From Ophelia neglecta (taxonomy: Eukaryota), in assembly GCA_965285935.1 (NCBI GenBank), contig OZ260665.1:30690001-30754000 (forward strand): 64,000 bases of DNA. Reading direction: 5' to 3'. The stretch's first letter is position 1; every line of letters begins with the position of its first letter. The notes under the pieces were generated by a model, which saw nothing but the letters and a program-made list of their open reading frames with translations, did no database searches and had not been told where the DNA came from. Positions 59,601-64,000 of this stretch are shown here, piece by piece. The translations under genes and the position numbers were made by a program.

Positions 59601-62239
59601 GTCCATTTCCCTTTAATACGTGTGCATGCATGTGCTGCATGAACGTTTTCTATCTTTCTAATAGAATGGAGTGGTCAGAAGCACTGTTTACATGGACAAT
59701 AGAAATAAATTGAAGTATTTTCGGAGACAATGGTCTTTAAACAGAGGTATACTGATTTATTTGACAAGCACGAACCGCTTAAATCTCTCGAAAGCTGGAC
59801 TCATAATTCCACCACGAACCTGCATACGATTGTCGTTTATTATAAGAATTGGATTCAGGAAAGGCCGCATAAGATCTTTCGCAATTTCAGCTCCTGTAAT
59901 CAATGCTATTCGAGCACAGGTTCGTGTTGGAAGTATATTTATGCTATTGATAGATGTATGTCATTCGTAATTGCCAAAAAGTGACCTCTTGAAATTTTAC
60001 CGACCTGAAGCGAACATTAATCACATCATTGAGACACTTTTACCAAAATTAAACCTGAAAGTATCAACGAGATTGTACCTTCTTCGACGAAATTCTTTAT
60101 GAAGCGCTTATATATTTTTATCCTATGCGGGTTTGATTGCTTCTTTGAACACAAATTGAACGTTTCTTGAAAGTCTCTCAATTTATTAGAATATTTATAA
60201 CCTACTAACATTTGATGTTCTTAATATGGTTACAAATGTTTATCGTCATAACGAGAATGGTCGAACTAGCATGATGTGTTTGTTTGTACAGAATCCTTCA
60301 TATTCTTCTTTGTCTTGTGCAATAGTATCACTGTTTTTCTCTCTAACTAATGTTAGTGTGGCACAATTAGGATGGTTGACAAAATATATTTGCACGCTTA
60401 CCATCAGATATGAAAAACAGATCACTTGCCATTGTGCCCAGGCTTCATGGATGATTATGGCGAATAATAGTGTTCCTTCAGCTCTGGAGTGTCGCGATAT
60501 GATGTGTACAGAATAGCTGATTCTCGGAGTGATTCATGCAATTTGCGCAGCTAGCAAAGCTAACCTTACCCCTGCCAAAATATGTCACCTTCCCCTGCCA
60601 GTGTGGCTTATTACAACTTTTTGTGGGACACTGTTTGCTTGTTAAGCCACTTGCTTTACAAAAGCAGCTAAATAGCTTCATAATTCAAATGGTGATTGAT
60701 ACATAATGTATATTTGAAGCTTCAGAGGCATCGCATGATGCCGCCAGCAAACTCACTGATTGCTCTCCAGATCACGCTACGCCCTAGTGATTAACATGAC
60801 CTTAAATTACGCTAAATGCGCAAAATGTAGTTCTTATGGTCGTTCCTTTACCAACTGTAATTCCATCATCGGTATTGATGCGGCAGGGGCATTGTTTGCC
60901 TTCAACAGTGCAGACACTCCTTTGCCAGCAAACATTTGCAAGGAAACATTCAAAAGGGAGTTGTTGGCCAAAAGCCCGCCCGACAGCTTCATGGTAAGCG
61001 TGCAAAGGCAAATTAATGTCCCACTCTCTTCATGTAATAAACAAAGATATATGGTGAGTTCGTTTTAGATATTAGTTTCTAGATTAAACCTATAGATATA
61101 CAATCCTCAATATTATTTGACATGTTTTCTTATAATAAATGTCTTGTTCCTCTGCTGCATAGAACGATGCATCGTGATTCACTGCCCGACTGTAGTCTCG
61201 CATTTTGAACTACTTTATTTGTAAATTGAGTATTGTTTTTATTCAGTAGTATTTATTCTTATGGCAGATCATTATAAAAGAACACTCCAGCAAAACGCAA
61301 CACAACTGCCAGGCGATTGGATATGGATTTATCGTATTGTGATCATAAATGGTCAAGGCACTAACTCAGCCGAGTTACATACAATATTGTTACCATTTCA
61401 GGCATGTATTTTGCCTGTATCATGCTGATGTGTTCACTATCTGTGGTATTCACCGTATTGGTGTTAAATTATCACCATCGCACTCCGGATACCCACCAGA
61501 TGCCAAGATGGGTAAGTTGACTAAAATTGGTAGGCCGCTATACATATATATAAATCTTTCAAATATGTAGTCATATATTCCTGCTCACTGGTATTGCCGC
61601 ACTATTTGATGTATGATAAGGCGTCGTCGAACAATGTTACTAATATCCATATAGTTTTTTTTCTTTATCCAATATATGTTTTCGGTACTTTTCTTTATGA
61701 TTTTTTTTTCAATCCATTTGCCGACAAAATGTGTTTTCTAAATACAGGTAAAGAATGGAGTGTGTGAGTGGCTGGCGTGGATGTTACGGATGAGACGTCC
61801 GGGAAAGGAGTTCCCACAGAAGAAAGGTACGAAAATGAAAGATGTCGAACTGCGCGAAAGGTCTTCTAGGTCGTTGCTGGCAAATGTCCTTGACCTTGAC
61901 GACGACTTCCGGGGATCGGTGGGTAATCACACCAATCACAACTATTCCGGAGTTAAAATCCACAACGAGACTCGGTTAGGCAATATTGGGGGGATACCCG
62001 CAATGAACAGCATGACGTCAAGCTACGGAGGAACTGATAATCCTTTACTGCGCGACATATTAAAAGAACTGCGCTTTATGACTGAGAAAATGAAGAAGGA
62101 CGAAGAATTCCATGAACTGTGTAATGATTGGAAATTCGCTGCTATGGTTATAGATCGTCTGTGTCTTTGGGTGTTCACCATATTCACAGTAGTCTCAACC
62201 TTCGCCATTTTGTTTTCCGCTCCGCATGTCACGTCGTGA
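41507..62239 (+). CDS. CHRNA7: Nicotinic acetylcholine receptor alpha subunit, alpha7 group (multi-exon gene span; ~480 aa plus signal peptide)
   Basis: Exons join in frame at GT-AG sites: [18 protein letters not shown], Cys-loop [15 protein letters not shown], loop B WTY, vicinal CC in loop C, GEK-M2 [17 protein letters not shown]3, M4 [14 protein letters not shown]. Exon sizes 45/110/195/87/110 match those I recall for vertebrate CHRNA7. The symbol denotes alpha7-group homology, not proven one-to-one orthology. Confidence 0.93.
42530..43900 (+). repeat. Degenerate ~47-bp minisatellite in nAChR intron 2
   Basis: Many diverged copies of approximately ttcgagacaagctagttaccagttcctggttacctattcggttgaca. 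Confidence 0.75.
44158..44330 (-). repeat. Inverted block of the same ~47-bp minisatellite
   Basis: gtagcttgcctcgaatgtcaaccgaat and aggaactagtagccagtttaactcgaatgtc are reverse complements of the unit. Confidence 0.7.
44327..44760 (-). mobile_element. Decayed Penelope-like RT C-terminal (thumb) fragment
   Basis: [24 protein letters not shown]....[19 protein letters not shown] resembles the NFP.L.SNIP...Y.SQL.R.ARA..RN..L..KLL.QGY motif of Penelope-like elements as I recall it. Confidence 0.45.
45220..45264 (+). CDS. CHRNA7: nAChR alpha7-like exon 3a (alternative, loop D)
   Basis: ttttctag|45 nt|gtaagt; [15 protein letters not shown]. Confidence 0.93.
45364..45408 (+). CDS. CHRNA7: nAChR alpha7-like exon 3b (alternative, loop D)
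   Basis: ctccacag|45 nt|gtaagt; [15 protein letters not shown]. Confidence 0.93.
45470..46079 (+). repeat. Left terminal inverted repeat
   Basis: Reverse complement of 48053-48669; outer ~120 bp look identical, one 9-bp indel (ttgacagtc absent on the left), divergence increases inward. Confidence 0.95.
46223..46396 (+). pseudogene. Truncated ORF with one degenerate C2H2 finger (possible 5' remnant of the element's main gene)
   Basis: [57 protein letters not shown]; pattern YxCxx[S]x6FxxLxxHx4H with AGT where TGT would restore Cys; ATG lies 2 nt after a ttttatag acceptor. Confidence 0.45.
47147..47803 (-). pseudogene. Seven-finger C2H2 zinc-finger gene (218 codons) with one in-frame stop
   Basis: From the ATG at 47803: [40 protein letters not shown], then six further CxxC-x12-Hx3-4H fingers (the last has Cx4C spacing). 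TAA at 47726-47728 lies inside finger 1; the track ORF 47147-47716 is the downstream part. Confidence 0.85.
48053..48669 (-). repeat. Right terminal inverted repeat
   Basis: Reverse complement of 45470-46079. Confidence 0.95.
52510..52619 (+). CDS. CHRNA7: nAChR alpha7-like exon 4
   Basis: ttcctag|110 nt|gtaaga; [36 protein letters not shown](S), loop A. Confidence 0.95.
52890..53146 (+). CDS. CHRNA7: nAChR alpha7-like exon equivalent to vertebrate exons 5+6
   Basis: ctaccag|257 nt|gtaaga; [58 protein letters not shown]...NGEWELV(G). Confidence 0.95.
54613..54807 (+). CDS. CHRNA7: nAChR alpha7-like exon 7a (alternative; loop C + M1, divergent form)
   Basis: ctttgcag|195 nt|gtaggt; (G)[64 protein letters not shown]. 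Confidence 0.92.
54888..55082 (+). CDS. CHRNA7: nAChR alpha7-like exon 7b (alternative; loop C + M1, canonical alpha7-like form)
   Basis: ggtatag|195 nt|gtaggt; (G)[64 protein letters not shown]. Confidence 0.95.
58732..58818 (+). CDS. CHRNA7: nAChR alpha7-like exon 8 (M2)
   Basis: cttttcag|87 nt|gtgaga; (G)[28 protein letters not shown]. Confidence 0.96.
59700..61070 (-). mobile_element. Possible decayed LINE RT relic in intron 8
   Basis: Weak ordered minus-strand traces: CDASEAS (cf. LD.SKAF, ~60735) and [10 protein letters not shown] (cf. GVPQG.VLSP, ~60630). Confidence 0.25.
61402..61511 (+). CDS. CHRNA7: nAChR alpha7-like exon 9 (M3)
   Basis: catttcag|110 nt|gtaagt; (G)[36 protein letters not shown]. 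Confidence 0.95.
61748..62239 (+). CDS. CHRNA7: nAChR alpha7-like last coding exon (intracellular loop, MA helix, M4)
   Basis: aatacag|[19 protein letters not shown]...[22 protein letters not shown]...ILKELRFMT...[37 protein letters not shown]. Confidence 0.95.
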   Translation, partial: VKNGVCEWLAWMLRMRRPGKEFPQKKGTKMKDVELRERSSRSLLANVLDLDDDFRGSVGNHTNHNYSGVKIHNETRLGNIGGIPAMNSMTSSYGGTDNPLLRDILKELRFMTEKMKKDEEFHELCNDWKFAAMVIDRLCLWVFTIFTVVSTFAILFSAPHVTS

Positions 62240-63739
62240 GGTGTGCAATATAACCGGCATAGGTTGTTCATAATAATCACTCACATAAAAATTTGCATGT
62301 ATAAACAAATATCAGATACTAGTAACGGATTCCATATCAAGAAAGATGCTCCCTGATATTCGACGGACTTTTTCGTGTATTCTGTTGTCGCAAAAAAGAC
62401 AAACGCACTAGTCGGAGCAGTTATAGATTAATCTCATCCAAGTTAATATGATTAAGTACTACATTGGACAAATATTTGTTTGCAGTAGACATTGAATTTG
62501 GCATAGTTTTCAACATGGTTTTGTACTAGTTTAATTTCTTTCCCAGGAACAATAAGCAATGTAGTCAATGTCAGGAATACTCCGACGACCGACTTACTAT
62601 AACATATGGTGGCTGGTTCTAGTCACTATGTTGGTTCTTGGGAAGTCACCAGTCAACATCTAGTTGCTTGGCAAGAACCTATCCAACAGAACACTTCAAA
62701 ATGTCTGCTGGCGCAGTAGCTGTAGCTTACTCTGAGTTTAAAAGGCGGCGACTGTCTGTGTTAAACTATTATCTAGACAGTAAGCGTTCTGAAAATCACA
62801 GGGAAACAGGTGATATATTGAGCCTTTATGAATACGAAACATCATGATCAATGTTTTGCTCTCGAAGAGGCCATATTATAGATAGGTGATTAGTTAGAAA
62901 TAATAGAAATGCTTTAAAGAGAAGTTCGATTATAATTTGGAATTGGTTTACATCCTCATTGGCAGTACCTCTGGGCAGATTTGCCAACGACTGAATAGTA
63001 TAACTACAATATATTTATTTATTCTTTTACCAGCTTAACCATGCATGGAAAAACTTATGCTTCATTTACAAAATCAAAGAGAATCAATAGCGCAACATAC
63101 GGCTTAAAATCTATTTTCTTTCATTCATTAGCAATACATGATATATTAACAAAGACCAACATATTTTATAGCACTACTTTCTTTCGGACTGAGGAGTTTT
63201 TCTTCTATACATTTACTTAAAGCACAGTTTTGCTGATCACTACAGAGTAGACTTTTAATAGTCTTTGTAAAAGTTAAATTATCTGCCTTTTTTGTGTTAA
63301 TCGCTTTTTCACCCCTTTCTTTACATTTGTGTGTCTTAATGTACCTGATAATCATTTTGTGAATATGACATTTCAGTAGTAGTAGTCGTCCATAATCAAT
63401 CAATAACCGTCAGCAAACAAATATGGTATATGTGTATAAATATGATGCGGCATCAATTCATCCGATTAAATTCACTATTCATTATTGGCTTTTTTTCGTA
63501 TTAAAATACGATCATACTGTCAACAAAAGAGCCACATAGCCTATAGTTTCGTTATTCTAGAGATGAAACTTCTAATTTTATTTATAACGCATCCTATAAA
63601 TATATCGCTGAGACTTGTGTTATAAGTTATTTGATATAATTCTTAATACTAAGTAATATTCAGCAACTAGTAAAAAGAAAACTTCCATTGTATCTCGATT
63701 CTTTTCTCTTTTTCCGTAGTACTGTTGTGATGCTTTTAT

Positions 63740-63764
63740 AATAAAATACTCTACGTAAAATAAA
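63740..63764 (+). terminator. Candidate polyadenylation signals of the nAChR gene
   Basis: AATAAA at 63740-63745 and 63759-63764 followed by a T-rich tract; first canonical hexamers I noticed after the stop. Confidence 0.35.
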
Positions 63765-64000
63765 TGTCTTTTTTATTTTAAACTGGCGGATAAAGATTGG
63801 GCTGGGGTTTTGATCGACCCCTGTTTTCTTTTCACAATCTGTTCAGGGGAGAGATAGGTTTCCCCTCCCAGAAGACGACCAGGGCACACCCAAACCCCCT
63901 TCGGGAGGGGAAGTCTTCTTTCGTCCTGAAAAGGAAGAATTGATACCCTGCAGACAAATCAAATATCGTTTGTCATGAATGTATCAAATCGGTCCAAATT

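Noticed and set aside
55083-61401. Extra copies of exon 8 (as in insect alpha6 8a/8b/8c)
   Set aside because: Only one M2 exon (58732-58818) found on reading both flanking introns; a very diverged copy could have been missed.
63781-63960. ctggcggat-initiated GC-rich segments (also near 10071 and 14766) as one MITE family
   Set aside because: Matching opposite ends and TSDs could not be established.

Overview
Eukaryotic (invertebrate, probably non-insect/spiralian-type) genomic DNA, AT-rich and repeat-laden. The left ~40 kb is intergenic: decayed LINE/LTR relics, minisatellites, and one apparently intact, very young BEL/Pao LTR retrotransposon (20687-29340, minus strand, 1296-bp LTRs, CCCTA target-site duplication, single 1968-aa Gag-Pol ORF). 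The right ~23 kb holds a plus-strand alpha7-like nicotinic acetylcholine receptor subunit gene (recognisable coding exons 41507-62239). It has TWO pairs of tandemly duplicated, same-length, same-phase exons: 3a/3b (45 nt, loop D) and 7a/7b (195 nt, loop C + M1 + pore-filter residues). Together these look like a 2x2 mutually exclusive splicing system, and there are candidate RNA pairings around the splice sites. 61 nt after exon 3b sits an unclassified 3.2-kb DNA transposon with ~610-bp terminal inverted repeats, a 5-bp TSD and two convergent C2H2 zinc-finger reading frames. Exon numbers follow human CHRNA7. All calls were made by eye; no searches were run.
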